From the human T2T-CHM13v2.0 reference genome, Homo sapiens, in the NCBI RefSeq assembly GCF_009914755.1, contig NC_060931.1: a DNA stretch of 64,000 bases. The stretch is one strand, 5' to 3'. How positions within the stretch are numbered: the first letter of the stretch is position 1; each line of letters opens with the position of its first letter. Shown in pieces: positions 44,289 to 58,695 of the stretch. A program made the position numbers and the translations under genes. Below the pieces are notes generated by a model. It saw only the letters and a program-made list of their open reading frames with translations, was not told the DNA's origin and ran no database searches.

Positions 44289-45039
44289 GACATTCATTAT
44301 TGAATGAAGTCATAGGATAAGCTTCTTTCTATTAGATTTTTGCCCCAGCACTCAGATGACCTCCACAATCTACAGACAACCCAGAGAAGTGGGAGGGTTC
44401 TATCAGTGAGTTACACCGGGCTTATACCACCAAATAACTGGCTCAACTGGACTCAGAAAATGGGCTGTTCATTTGACTTGGTGTCAGGCTGAAAGGAAGC
44501 AGCTTCATCCACCATTATGTCAAGACATAGACGAGTTCAGAAATTCATTGCACCGTAGGTTATTGTTGAGCCACATGGAATTAAAGGGCTTGCCCAAAGC
44601 AGATACTTCTCTGGATTTTGCCAAGCTAGGCAGTCACACTTCCCCCAAAAAGAAAAGTAGAAATTAGACAAAAATAAACTTTATAGCACTAGAACCAATT
44701 TTAATGAACCACAATCATGATACGGATTTAGTAGAGACCATAAAATCCACAGGACAAGGTGCGATCTCCACTTGCCTTTGGTCAAAGCTGAGAAACAAAG
44801 AACCGGAAGAGCTCACTCCATTGTGTCCTGTTTTCTATGGAGAGATGAGCCCCCCTTCTTCTCTTCCTGTGAACCAGCTTGAATCGGAGGGGAACGTGTA
44901 ACTATGAGGTTCAGATCACACTGGAACACAGCGTGGTCCATTTATGCTCAGAGTCCGCCAGGTGGCATGGACTTCAGACAGCACAGATACCCTAATTACC
45001 ATGCCTGGTCTTGCGGTTCACATTCACCGTCCTTCTTAA

Positions 45040-45388
<349 letters not shown>

Positions 45389-45669
45389 CTATCTTCCGGG
45401 GTAAGCCTGCGCTGCTGGGCTCCTGACAGGTTCCATAGACTCCTCTTGCAGCACCTGGGGTGCTATCTTGTCACAGCTTATAACCTGCTCCAGAGCCTGG
45501 CTCTGAGCAAAATTGCTGAGGCTGAAAAAAGACAGTAATGCAACTCAGGCTGCTAGGGTGTTCTCACTGACAGGACTGCAGATTCTGTTTGGCTGACCAC
45601 AAGTTACAAAGATGAAGACAAAGTGCGAGCAATTCAAGGGCCAGCTTGACTAGCTGGTAAAACGAGTGG

Positions 45670-45914
45670 CAAATGTACTAGGATTTATTAAAAAGCGGGG
45701 AAAAAGATTCCCTGCATCTACAACCAAATACCCCTCCCATCTCTTCCCTGAAGAGAAATGATTCTGTACCTTGAGGTTGACCGGATGCCTTAACTTTTGC
45801 ACTGGATGATGTTACATATGTTGGGAGTTACTTCAGAATCGGCACAGTGGTTCTCAGCTTCCGCTGCACGGGAACGTTCATGGAAAGAAATTTAAAAAAT
45901 GCAGGTGCCTAGCT
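45670..45914 (+). repeat. ~240-bp direct duplication, copy B
   Basis: Aligns to 44047-44288. Confidence 0.95.
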
Positions 45915-46031
45915 TGCAACTGCAGAGATTCTGACTTCACTGGTCCGCGGCAGGATTCCTGCTCTTAGATTTAGGTAATCTGAGAGTTCCCCCCAAGTGA
46001 TTGCAGTGTACAACCATGGTAGGCACCGCTG
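45845..46031. mobile_element. MER5B-type MITE (complete in copy B only)
   Basis: CAGTGGTTCTCA..CAGAGATTCTGA..CCCCAAGTGATT..CACCGCTG. Confidence 0.65.
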
Positions 46032-47183
46032 CTTAGGTTGAATGACATCAGCAGAATGTTTTAAATCAACAGGTTTCATGAGTTTGAGATGGAAGAATTG
46101 GGTGAGGTAGAACCCATTAAAATAGTTAAATGGGATAAAAAAAATCAGAAAGTTGAAACAATGAAAGGCAGATGTGACTTTGTAATCATCAGGACATTTA
46201 GATTTGCCCAAGTCCCAATACAATTCCCTCCCTGTGAAGCCTTAGAAATTCCTCAGAACTGTCTTTAGTAATAGAGGCATGCAATATGATTGGCAGATGA
46301 ATTTACAGGGAGGAGTTTGAGCACGCATGGAAAACGTTCTGATTTTGTTGTCTTTGAGATGCTCTTCGATGTCACAGAAGGAAATGTATGATTAGTGTCG
46401 GTGTTCTTGTCAAGAGATGGCTCTCTTCCTTTCTTAGGGGAGGAGGCAACGACGAGCTTTCCATGTCCCATTGGAGTTGTTGAGAGACAGGGACTGACAA
46501 GATCAATAATTGTTTCCAAATAATGGGGCGCATTAGCAGCTTCCCAGGGTCATGCTAAGGTGACAGGTGGGGGCAGATGTGGACAGAGACCCGGAAGGAT
46601 CCTAACTAAAAGGGAACTCATTATGTGTGATGGTCCCCTTGCCAGCCATAGGAGACATTTCTACTAGCCTTGGTTAACCTGGAGCCACAGTGTGATGGCA
46701 ACAGGCGCTAGGCCATGTTTTGAGTTAGTGTAATTTCAAAGTGTACAGTTTACCAAATTTGAACTTTTTTTTAAATTTTATTTTTTCTAGTCTGGCTTTT
46801 GCAAGTGACTCTGACAAAATATTTCTGCATTCAAATATCTGGCATTTCTATAACAATTTGAGAAGCTTGGCCTTATAAGAAAATCTCCACCAACACCTGG
46901 TGTATGTTCATGTGCTTTATAAATATTAATTTCATTGAATTGAAAAGCCAAAAGTCTGTTTTTATGATATAGGTTTGTTTTCTTGACTTTTCTCCAAAAT
47001 TATTACTAGAGTCTCATTTTTTAAAAAGTCTGACAGGAACATACCCAACATATATTTTTAAGTAATACAGCAGAAGAGGAAACAATTAGAAATCAGAGTG
47101 TGTAGCATGAGTAAGTGTAAATATAATTTCCTGAAATCTTCATTTCAATTGTGTGTGTATGCAATTAGATTGTAAAATTTATT

Positions 47184-47482
47184 ATTGATTGATTGATTGA
47201 TTGATTTTTGAGACGGAGTCTCGCACTGTTGTCCAGGCGACAGTGGGCGCGATCTCGGCTCACTGCAACCTCCGCCTCCCGGGTTCAAGCGATTCTCCTG
47301 CCTCAGCCTCCTGAGTAGCTGTGATTACAGGCACCTGCCACCACGCCCAACTGATTTTTTGTATTTTTAGTAGAGACAGGGTTTTACCATGTTGGCCAGG
47401 CTGGTCTCGAACTCCTGACCTTGTGATTCACCTGCCTCGGCTTCCCAAAGTGCTGGGAAGGCATGAGCCACCACACCCAGCC
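47184..47482 (-). mobile_element. AluS (Sc/Sg-like) with (ATTG)n tail
   Basis: Antisense Alu; TSD GTnAAATTTA. Confidence 0.93.
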
Positions 47483-47680
47483 GTGAAATTTACTTTATAC
47501 TGTGGAATGTAAGTGAAATTCTGAAAGCTATTGGATAATGGCGTTGTTTAGAATAATAACCTTATAGCGTAAACCACAAACATGAAGTCAGCCGACTACT
47601 GCGATGTATGCCAAGCACAGGAATCTGGAGAAGTACGAGCCTCCTGGCTCCCCACTGGACTTTTTATTGGGGTGCTAGAC

Positions 47681-48347
47681 CAGTGGTTCTCAAAGTGTGC
47701 TCCCCGGGGCAGCAGCATCAGCCTCACTTGGGAAATTCCTAGAAATGCAGATTCTCAGGCATCCTATCCCAAGCCCACCGAATCATTATCTCTGGGGGTG
47801 AGGCTCAGCAATCTATGTTTTAACCCTTTTCCTGTTTGCTTTGAGAATGTTCTCTGGCAGCGCTTGCGGCTGCAGTGTTTACTCCGGATAATTTTGCCAC
47901 GAAACATCTCACTTTTGTTACTGTTTTTGCATTGTTCTAGCATATCGTCTTTGGAAACAAAAGACATCATTCTATTTACAGCATTCTGGTTTTAGTAGTT
48001 GTATTTCCATTTACAAAACATAGTAATTCTCGATCGCTGAAAATGTCAAATCCTAGAAAACGTAGCATTCCTACGCATGATGTTAACATCGTTCGCAACA
48101 GTTGTTGACCAAAGATTCATTAGATGAATTAAATTTTCCCAAAGTAGATGATTCTGATGTTAGTAACAAGAACAGTTTTTATATTTCACTTTCAAATTGA
48201 AAATCAGATTTGCTTCAGCTTCAAAGAGCATGTTAATATAAAATTAAATGAGCATTGACGGCAAGCTGCATTTTTTTCCTAAACAGGAAAAGGGTTGAGC
48301 CTCGCAGGTGGTTCTCTTCTGATATGTGGCCTCTGAGAGAATACCTG
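47681..48347. mobile_element. MER5A interrupted by MER75
   Basis: CAGTGGTTCTCAAAGTGTG..CAGCAGCATCAGC..AGAAATGCAGATTCTCAGG..TGTTTTAA, resuming after 48298. Confidence 0.8.
47824..48294 (+). mobile_element. MER75 piggyBac-family non-autonomous element
   Basis: Perfect 14-bp TIR CCCTTTTCCTGTTT / AAACAGGAAAAGGG; flanks TTAA and TTGA; internal GCGCTTGCGGCTGCAG and CTCGATCGCTGAAAATGTCAAATCCTAGAAAACGTAGC. Confidence 0.9.
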
Positions 48348-48459
48348 GCCAGCCAGGTATGAAGGTGGACCATGACCTCCCTGTCTCAGCTCCAGGCCTG
48401 CGCAATATCCATCAATCCCATAGGCATTTAGGCCTAGAAGCTAATCATGATGGGTGTTT

Positions 48460-48690
48460 CTTTTGTTTGTTCATTCGTTCGTTCGTTTGTTTTTGAGATG
48501 GAGTCTCACTCTGTCACCCAGACGGGAGTGCAATGGCCCGATCTCTGCCCACTGAAACCTCCAACTCTGGGTTCAAGTGATTCTCCTGCCTCAGCCTCCC
48601 AAATAGCTGGGATTAAAGACACGCACCACCACGCCCAGCTAGTTTTTGTATTTTTAGTAGAGATGAGGTTTCACCATACTGATCAGGCTG
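48460..48690 (-). mobile_element. AluS, 5' truncated
   Basis: Antisense right arm plus part of left arm. Confidence 0.9.
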
Positions 48691-48750
48691 GCAGTGTTTT
48701 CTTCTTTACTTCTGTTGCTGAAGTTTGTAACTAACTTTGTGTCAACTGTT

Positions 48751-49046
48751 TATTTATTTATTTTTGAGACAGAGTTTTGCTATTGTCACCCAGGCTGGAG
48801 TGAAATGGCATGATCTTGGCTCACTGCAACCTTCCGCCTCCTGGGTTCAAGCGATTCTCCAGCCTCAGCCTCCTGAGTAGCTGGGATTACAGGCACCCAC
48901 CACCACGCCCGGCTAATTTTTGTATTAGTAGAGGTGGGGTTTCTCCATGTTGGCCAGGCTGGTCTCAAACTCCTGACCTCTGGGGATCCACCTGCCTTGG
49001 CCTCCCAAAGTGCTGGGATTACAGGCGTGAGCCACCACACCCAGCC
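48751..49046 (-). mobile_element. AluS
   Basis: TSD TCAACTGTT. Confidence 0.95.
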
Positions 49047-49348
49047 TCAACTGTTACTTGATCAACCCTTAACAGAATGTGGAAGTTAGTGAATTGCTAA
49101 CGCTGCCCTTGGCCTGCTATTTCCCAGCTGGCCTCTCTGTGCCCAGCCCAGCTCTGAGCTGCCACATGTCCCCTGCCTTTCAAAGAATCCACCTTCTGGC
49201 CTGACTTTTCTAGCTAAATTTTACAAACCATAATTCCTAGCTTTCCTATTTTCTCAGAAAAATGTCCACCAGGTGTTTATTCAGGTGTCTCATTGTTATA
49301 ATCCAATAAATAAACACATCATATTCATGGGATAGCAGATATATGCAT

Positions 49349-49676
<328 letters not shown>

Positions 49677-50476
49677 TAATAGGGACTCTTTGATGCCTGA
49701 GGGCTCATGTTATCAATTGTGAATACAAGACAGGCCTATGGGAGGGGTGTTTATTTTTTGGGGGGGAGGGGGGATGGGCAGCTGGATGGGAGTTGAGAGT
49801 GGTCTCATGTTCATCAAATCAGCCCAAGTAGATGATTGATTTCTCTGCCTCAGTCAGATTTTGTGACAAGGTAAAGCAGTAGATTCTTGAGTAGTTGATA
49901 AATGATATTACAATCTTTTCTAAATTTAAACTCTTCGTTGATCTTTGTCCTGTTTGTATAACCTTTATCTTTTTTGAAAAATGTTAGTTCAGCAACTGTT
50001 TAGTTTAATTAGCTGATTCATTAAACTTGGGTGGTGGCTCACCAATAAAAAAGCATTTGAATGTTTGAATGTCACTCAGAGCTCTTCAATTTCTTTGCAG
50101 AAATACTCAACCTAGATTCTTTTAAATTCTCTACCTCAGAACCTGATAGAATACTTGCATATTTTTACTGATGATGTTTCACCTATACTTAATGTAATAA
50201 GTAAACACACTACACGAGAAGTCATTCTGTAGGAAAGTGAGTGCGGATTTCTAATTACTTAGGCACAGCTAGTTTCCTAGCCTGACAGGTGTGGAAACAC
50301 CTTTCACACTCGAAGCATGCAGAGGCTTGCATGAGCTCACCTGAGCATTCTGAGGAGCCTCCCTATGCAGTTTTGGAACCCTCTGTTTGATTCAAAGGTC
50401 TGCTCCTGATACCAGGGAGGTTTTAGCTTTCTGCCAAAAGAAATGCTCTTTCATCTTCAAATCAAATGTTGAAGTG

Positions 50477-50842
<366 letters not shown>

Positions 50843-52987
50843 TCACCTCCTCCTACTCTCAGGATGGTACTTCTGCCCATTCTCCTGAGTAGGCTCAAGC
50901 TTCTGAAAGGAGAGAAAGTGGGAGTGGTTGATATTTCGTGACTCTCACTGGCGAAGGCCCACTTGCAGACTGGCCCTGCATCCCGCTGTCCTGAATGCAC
51001 ACGTCTGTGTGCCGTGGGATGGCCTCTAGAGCGATTCCTCCCTGAATCCCTGCAACAGACACCTCTGAGTCCAGGCACAGCAGGATTTCAGGAACCAGGG
51101 AGGAGCTGGCCAGGTGTACACCCGGGCAGATACCTGTGACCCGTGATTTCAGGGGTGACAGAAAATGCCTCTTTTCCAAACACCAAGCAAAGGAACCAAA
51201 ACCAAATCTACACAAACATGACCTTTCCCTGTAACTCTCCTGATTGCTTTCATCCTGTGCTTTGAAACAGGGAAAATGCGTAGACATACCGGGAAGCCAG
51301 GGGGGCCGTCGTCCTGGTTTTATGATGCGGGCAGGAGGAAGTTATCAAGGGCCGTCCCTGAAAACAGGCTTTATTTGGACAGTGTGAGGGATGTAAAGAG
51401 GAGAAAGGCAGACCCCAGAGAGAACAGGTGCCCTAGCAGAGATGAGACCACCCCCCGGGGAGTGGGGAGAGCCTCAATCAGAGTCCCTTACTGGAGGTTT
51501 GCTCTGGGGCAGCCCCAGTGGAGGTTGCTGCCTGCTTTCATGTTGTCGGATCACATTCTCCAGGCAGAAATGGTTTGGAGGATCCTGGGATTTGAAGGCT
51601 GGTGCTCGCTAATCATGGCTATGCATGAAGCGTAACACAGGGCGGTTTGAGTCATCTTCCTCGGGGAGTTTTGAGAGGAACCTAGGATGCCTTATTAGGA
51701 ATGAGGTTATTGCAGAGCATGGATTTTCTGAAAGACAAGGCAAGCACATGGCCATCTGGTCAGCACTCACCGCTCCCTCCCCTGCCCCACCATGAGTCGC
51801 CCCCAACACGCAGTGCCTGTGCTGAACACACTGTGCCTGGCCGTGCGTGGGCAGTCACTTCCTAGCCCAGCTCCCAGACTGGGGTCGCCCTGGATGACAG
51901 CATCACCCTTGTGCCTTGTTCATTTACCTATTCAGATATGAAGTCAAGATACTGTGGGTGTCCAGAGATGCTTTTTTAAAAATTGCTTCCTGGGGAATAA
52001 AAAGGAATGGCCATTAACACATTAGTTGACATGCTCAAAATTTAATTTGCAAACAGAAGCCAAAAGAGACAGCTAAAACTTTTCATTGGAAGCAATTAAA
52101 ATAGGAAAGCAACGGGACTGAACAGTTGATAGTTTGCCAGTGCAGGTTCTGCTCTGTGAGGCACGTCCAGGACCCCCTGCATCAGTGTAAGTCGGCATAC
52201 AGGGGTTAGAGTGCACCATCCTGGGAATGCATGACACATAGGTGTGCTTGGTTACAGACCAGCTTCCCCACCACCCAGGCTGAGGCCTTTGCAGACAGAA
52301 ATCAAACCTACCTGGATTAGCACAGCCCTGGGGACTGACCCTGGAAATGGAGTTCGCGTCTCTTCCCCTCTTGGCCTGTCTTTATCACTCACAGCTCAGT
52401 TAGTGCCTCTCGGCATCTCCTTCCTGCTGTCTTGCCCTGCACCATCCGCTTCCTCTCTCGTTTTCTTTCTTCCTCACATTCTTTCATTTAAAAAAAATTC
52501 CAAGTATGAGCAAAAAATAATTTTAATGGGATGAATACACTCAATTATGGTCTTAGTTGTGTGCTTAAAGGGAGTAAACTTAGAATGTGAAGAGCCAGAA
52601 CTAGAAGGTTCACAGTCTGTGTAGTCTCTTCCTAATTAATTCATTTTTCTGTAAGGGCCAGCCTTCAAGAAAATGTAGAAATAACGATTTAATTCTATTT
52701 TATTCTTTTTTTATTTGATTAATAATTACTCAATTAGATCCCCATGACTTTATGTAAGGAGAGGCCATGGTGTTTGCTTCGTGAGGCGGTTGTGAGGAGC
52801 CATCTCTGTGAACGGGCTCCTGGCCGCTGAGGTGCATTTCACAGGTGCTCATGCTAGCTCCCTCCTCAGTGTGGGCTTGGCCTTGCAAACGGGCACAATT
52901 TGCACTAAATGCAGACTCCTATGGATTTTGCAGGTAGATTCTAGTTTTTCTGAACAATTTTTGCATTTATTTCTGCATGCGCTCATT

Positions 52988-53370
52988 TAAAAATTGTGTT
53001 GTTGTAGTAGAGCATGCATACTAACATTGACCATCTTAGCCATTTTTCAGTGCCCAGTTCAGTGGCATGAGGGCATTTACACTGCTGTGCAGGCATTACC
53101 ACCATCCATCTCCAGGGCTTTTCCTTATCCCGAACGGAAACTGCGCTAATTCAACACGCGCTCCCCATTCCCTCCTCCCGCAGCCCCTGGCACCCACCAT
53201 TCAACTTTCTGTCTGTGAGTTTGATGAGTCTAGGAAGCTCATCTCACTGGAATCTGATGGTATTTGTCCTTTGTGCCTGGATTATTCCGTGTAGCATAAC
53301 ATCCTCCAGGTTCATCCATAGGTTCATCCTTGTTGTAGCCTGTGTCAGAATTTCCTACCCTTTTAAGGTG
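52988..53370 (-). mobile_element. L1MB-like 3' UTR
   Basis: ACCATCTTAGCCATTTTT..CAGTTCAGTGGCAT..CACCATCCATCTCCAG..CAGCCCCTGGCA..AGGTTCATCC. Confidence 0.85.
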
Positions 53371-53519
53371 GTGAGTGCTAAGTTTTAAACTGATTGCCTT
53401 ATAAGCCAAAATGTTAGAAACCAGCCTATTTTCACACAGGAGGCTGTGCTTCCAGAAATCTGCCTAACCCTGTCACGTTGCTGTGTCACGCCATCAGGCT
53501 CTTAATGAGAGCACATGAA

Positions 53520-53690
53520 GAAACCACAGATTTTGGAGTTAGACAGACTCCAGTTGGAATCCTAGCTCCACAACCACCTGCTGGGTGACCTTGGGGACAT
53601 TATTTCATGTTTACGAGATTAGGACAGGAATAGTAAATACCTCATAGTGTTTTGTGGATCAAATGAGCTAAGGTTTAAAAAGTGCTTAGC
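53520..53690 (+). mobile_element. MIR
   Basis: TTTGGAGTTAGACAGA..GAATCCTAGCTCC..GGGTGACCTTGGG..ACCTCATAG..AAGTGCTTAG. Confidence 0.75.
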
Positions 53691-53718
53691 TAGCAAGGGG
53701 GAGAGGTCAGCTTCCTAA

Positions 53719-54313
<595 letters not shown>

Positions 54314-54324
54314 TAGTTTTAACT

Positions 54325-54790
54325 AATTCCTTCAACAAATATCTCTAAGTACTCATTATGTGACAGACACTTTGAAGGCGCTGTATTGAAGCATAGGAAC
54401 TTGGTCCTGAGCAAATGAGGGACTTAATGAGAGCACATGGGCTTGCAAACCGTGAACCCATCTCAGGGACTGGAAGGCTCTGACAAAAGAGGAGCGTGAG
54501 TCCCGGGGAAGAGAGGGCAGACAGTTCTGGATGTGGAGGGTCAAGAAACGCTTTTTTGAGGAGGTGACATTTGAGCGGAGGCTGGCGTGAAATGGGGGAG
54601 TGGATTATGAAGAGTGCCAGGGGAAATATTCCAAGCAGAGGGAAGAGCAAATTCTAGAACCCTTGAGTGGCTATATGCCTGGCACACCCCAAGGGCAGGA
54701 GGTCGACCACAATGGCGAGGGGATGTTGGCCCGGGTGGAGGGGTAGGAAATGGAGTGAGGCAGGACCCGGAAAGGCACCATGGCTGCAGA
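54325..54790 (-). mobile_element. L2 3' region (contains doublet donor 54585-54767)
   Basis: TTCAACAAATAT..GAGGAGGTGACATTTGAGC..TTCCAAGCAGAGGGAAGAGC. Confidence 0.75.
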
Positions 54791-54812
54791 TTTCTATCAG
54801 CTGACCTTTATT

Positions 54813-55185
54813 CACTACGGTTTTAGTATGAGCCTTGTTACAGATGAAATGTTGTGGAGGTCCTAACCTCCACTGTGCTAGTATTTGGAAGTGAATTATT
54901 TGGGAGGTGATTAGGGTGAGATGAGTTCATGAAGGCGTGGCCCCATGATGGGATCAGTATCCTTATAAGAAGAGGAAGAGACGCCAGTGCTTTTTCTCTG
55001 TCTCCATCCAATGTACAGACTCAGTGAGAAGGGAGCCATCCACAAGCCAGGAAGTGAGCTCTCTGCAGGAACAGAAGCTGCCGGCACCCTGACTTGGACT
55101 TCCAGCCTCAGAACTGTGAAATGTCTGTTGTTTAAACTACTCAGCCATTGGTATTTCATTACGGCAGCTGGAGCAGACCAACGCA
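54813..55185 (+). mobile_element. MLT1A-type MaLR solo LTR
   Basis: CATGATGGGATCAGT..CCTTATAAGAAGAG..TTGGACTTCCAGCCTCAGAACTGTGA..TGTTGTTTAA. Confidence 0.85.
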
Positions 55186-56419
55186 AGCCTTTTATTCTCC
55201 AAATGATTCTGGTGACCTCTCAAGACCTTTCTCTATGACGCCCGCCAACTTTGTAAATAAATCCTACCCTTTCATGAATGGACGCAGAGTGAGGAAGAGT
55301 CACTTCCTTCACACTCAGGAGCACATATACTCACCTGCTGGCCCACCTCGAGGGGCCCAGCTAGGTCAGTGCCAGGAGAGGCAAGGTTGGTGCATTTCAC
55401 ATTACCCCCACTGACCCCACCACTGGTAGCTGCCTGGGCCCCACCAGCCTTCCCGGAAACCGTGTGCATTTGCACTTAGCCAGACAGCACACGGTGAGAG
55501 GCTTATTTGCTCATATGGTACTTTCAAGAATCTGCAGCATTGGGTAATTTGCTGGCCATGTGGAGATTCCCATGTGCGGGGAAGGGCTGCTGGGCTGAGG
55601 ACCTGAGCAGATGGTGGTCATTAATAGCACCAACATGTGACCAGCCGTAATTGTGCTGGAAGGACTGAAGCCACTGATGGTTGCTCCGTACTTTGGTTCT
55701 ACTTAAAAAATACTTTTAGCAGGACATAATTCATTATACAAGGCAGCATTAGCAAAGAAATATCAGACTCCCAGTAAGTGCCATTTTCCTACCCCTGTGT
55801 TTTAACAAGTATTCCTGGTGTTTAGAAATACATAGTCTCTCAGTCATCGTGTGGGTAAAAGTGAGAAGAGTTGTTTTTCTCAGTGGATCAAGACTAAGTC
55901 TTATGAGATTTGAAATCTAGAAGCTCTGCTAAAATTGCATATAGCAATGCCTGTGAATATGTGAACCGAATGAGAAACACATTTGTGTCCTAGAGCAGAA
56001 ACTTAGATTCAGCTCTTTATACACACAATGACCCCTCCTGGTTAATTGACTTGCAATGGTAGTTTCAGGTATCCAGCAGTAGTTCTGGCTACAGCAGATC
56101 TGTCTACCCACTGCCTCTAAAGCTAATCTCTCCAGTTAATAGCTTGCAGCCTGGGCCTCATTAAGTCAAAGAACTTCTGCCCATACAATAGGCTGTAATC
56201 CTCTGTATTAGTATGAGGTAATTTGGCTCCTAACTGGGGAATTTTTCTCGTCTAATAAGAGGAGAAATTGTTTGGTACAGTAGAAATCATATAGTTTCCC
56301 AGCATTTGGCTCTTGGAGAAAGTCAGGGATTCTGTATCCTGTTCCTTACCTCTGGAGGGATTCTTAAGTTGTTTTGGGTATCTTACAGCAAACACTTTTA
56401 GTGACACACAAGTCAAATT

Positions 56420-56843
56420 AATAATAATAATAAAAAACCTAACAGTTGTTGACTACTGCGTGCTTAAGAAGAGTTCTGAGCCATTTTCTTGCATGAACTC
56501 ATAATGCCCACAACAACTCTCTAAGGCAGGTATTCTTATCCACATGTTGCATACGAAGAAACTGAGGCCCAGAGTGATTAAGCTTCATTTAAAAAGCGTG
56601 AAATGGGGCAGTGAGACATGAACAGTGCCGGAGGAAATGTTCCAAGAAGAGGGAAGAGCAAATTCTAGAATCCTTGAGTGGCAATAAGCCTGGCACATCC
56701 CAAGGGCAGGAAGTGGACCACAATGGTGAGAGGATGTTGGCCCACACAGAGCGGTAGGAAATGGAGTGAGGCAGGACCAGTATCGTACCAGTGCTAAGAT
56801 AAAAGCCCAAGCAGTCTAATTTGGAGTCCAGACTCTTGATCAT
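56420..56843 (-). mobile_element. MIR interrupted by a 183-bp inserted copy
   Basis: GAAGAAACTGAGGCCCAGAG before 56596; CCCAAGCAGTCT..CTCTTGATCA after 56778. Confidence 0.7.
56596..56778 (+). repeat. 183-bp direct copy of 54585-54767
   Basis: Ungapped, about 24 mismatches (~87%) by manual count. Confidence 0.95.
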
Positions 56844-57216
56844 TGATATGATTTGGCTCTGTGTCTCCACCCAAATCTCATGTTGAATTGTAATCCCTAG
56901 TGTTCCAGGAAGGACCAGGTTGGAGGTGATTGGATCATGAGGGCAGTTTCCTTCTTGCTGTTCTCCTGATAGTGAATGAGTTCTCATAAGATCTGATGGT
57001 TTTAAAGTGTGCTGTTTCCCCCTTCGCTCTCTCTCACCCTCCTGCTTCACTGTGGTAAGACGTGCCTTGCTTCCCCTTCACCTTCCACCATGATTGTAAG
57101 TTTCCTGAGGCCTCCCCAGCCGTGTGAAACGTGAGTTAATAAAATCTCTTCTCTTTTTAAATAAATTACCCAGCCTCAGTTAGCTCTTTATAGCAGTATG
57201 AAAATGGGCTGATACA
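56844..57216 (+). mobile_element. THE1D-like MaLR solo LTR
   Basis: TGATATGATTTGGCTCTGTGTC..GTAAGTTTCCTGAGGCCTCCCCAGCC..ATACA; 5-bp TSD ATCAT/ATCAC. Confidence 0.9.
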
Positions 57217-57787
57217 ATCACTATTCAATATAGCTTCTAAAACATACATTTGTATTATAGCATGCTAGACCAGGCTGTGTGAGCCACTTGGGCACTGCAT
57301 GGATTTGGGTGAGCCGGGGAAGATGTCAACCCCACTGTCAGTTGTTATGCAAAGGGGAGCCTTGTCTTCATCCTAAGTTGAAATCTTAGGGACTGTCTCT
57401 TCTGGACATAATAGAAGTGTGTCCTGTGTCCATAATTGTAAATAAACTTACTGGCATATAGAAACAGTGCCTGGTGAGCTCTTTTTGAGGATAGATGCTA
57501 GGTCTTCTCTTTCATTCTCAGGACCCAGCACAATGGTGGGGCCACTCAAATGTTTTTGAATGAATACATGCCATTTTTTTGGAAGCTGTGAGAGTTTATA
57601 CATCATTTTTCACCTATTGCCAGACATTTGCTGTCTCCATATCTTACTCTATACATGAAAGCAGAAAGTAGAATAAGCCATTGTATGATTTCAGAGGGAG
57701 AAGTGAGGAAATGGGAGGTAGCTGTGTAAAATTAGATATAAACTACCATCAAAAAGTAATTGATTTAAGGCCCTCTTAAAAACACAT

Positions 57788-58535
57788 TGTCTTAGCTTTG
57801 GCTGCTATGACAAATGACCATAGACTGGATAGCTTAAACATCAAAAAGTTGAGAAAATTTATTTCATACAATTCTGGTGGATGGGAAGTTCAAGATCAAG
57901 GTGCCCACAGACCTGGCACTGGAGAGGAGGGCTCCCTTCCTGGTTTGCAGATGGCTGCCTTCTTGTTGTAGCCTTACATGTCAGAAAGAGAGAGAGAAGA
58001 GAAAACTCTCCTGTCTCATAAGGACACTAATCTCATTCATGAAGCCTCTACCCTCATGACCCAATTACCTTTTGTATTAGTCTGTTTTCACACTGTCATA
58101 AAGAACTACCTGAGACTGGATAATTTTTAAAGAAAAGAGGTTTAGTTGACTCACAGTTCTGCATGGCTGGGGAAGCCTCAGGAAACTTACAATCAAGGCA
58201 GAAGGCAAAGGAGAACCAGGCAACTTCTTCGCAAGGAGGCAGGAAAGAGAGCGAGTGAGGGGAAACTGCCACACAATTGTAAACCATCAGATCTTGTGAA
58301 AACTCACTCACTATCACAAGAACAGCATGGGGGAAACCACTTCCATGATCCAATCACCTCCCACCAAGTCCCTCCCTCAACGTGTGGGGATTACAGTTCC
58401 AGATGATATTTGGGTGGGAACACAGAGCCAAAACGATTCACCTCTCAAAGGCTCCACCTCCTACTAACATCACATTGGGTGTTATGATTTAAACATATGA
58501 ATTTTGTTGGGGGACACAACATTCAGTCCATAACA
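57788..58535 (-). mobile_element. MLT1A-type LTR split by THE1
   Basis: TGTCTTAG..GCTGCTATGACAAA..AAGTTCAAGATCAAGGTGCC..GGGACACAACATTCAGTCCATAACA; TSD CACAT/CATGT. Confidence 0.85.
58073..58440 (-). mobile_element. THE1D-like MaLR solo LTR
   Basis: TGTATTAGTCTGTTTTCACAC..GGCTGGGGAAGCCTCAGGAAACTTACAATC..GGAACACAGAGCCAAA; TSD CCTTT/CCTCT. Confidence 0.9.
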
Positions 58536-58695
58536 CATGTGTTGATAATTACAACTCGGTTCCAAGAAGTGCCTCCATAAGAGGTCACAGAGACCCCAAG
58601 AACAGAGCTGCCTGGAGTTCTATTGCAGAACTCCAGGGTTGCAGCAATTAATTTTACATCTAAAATGTTGCTGTAAGAATTTACCCCACAAAAAT

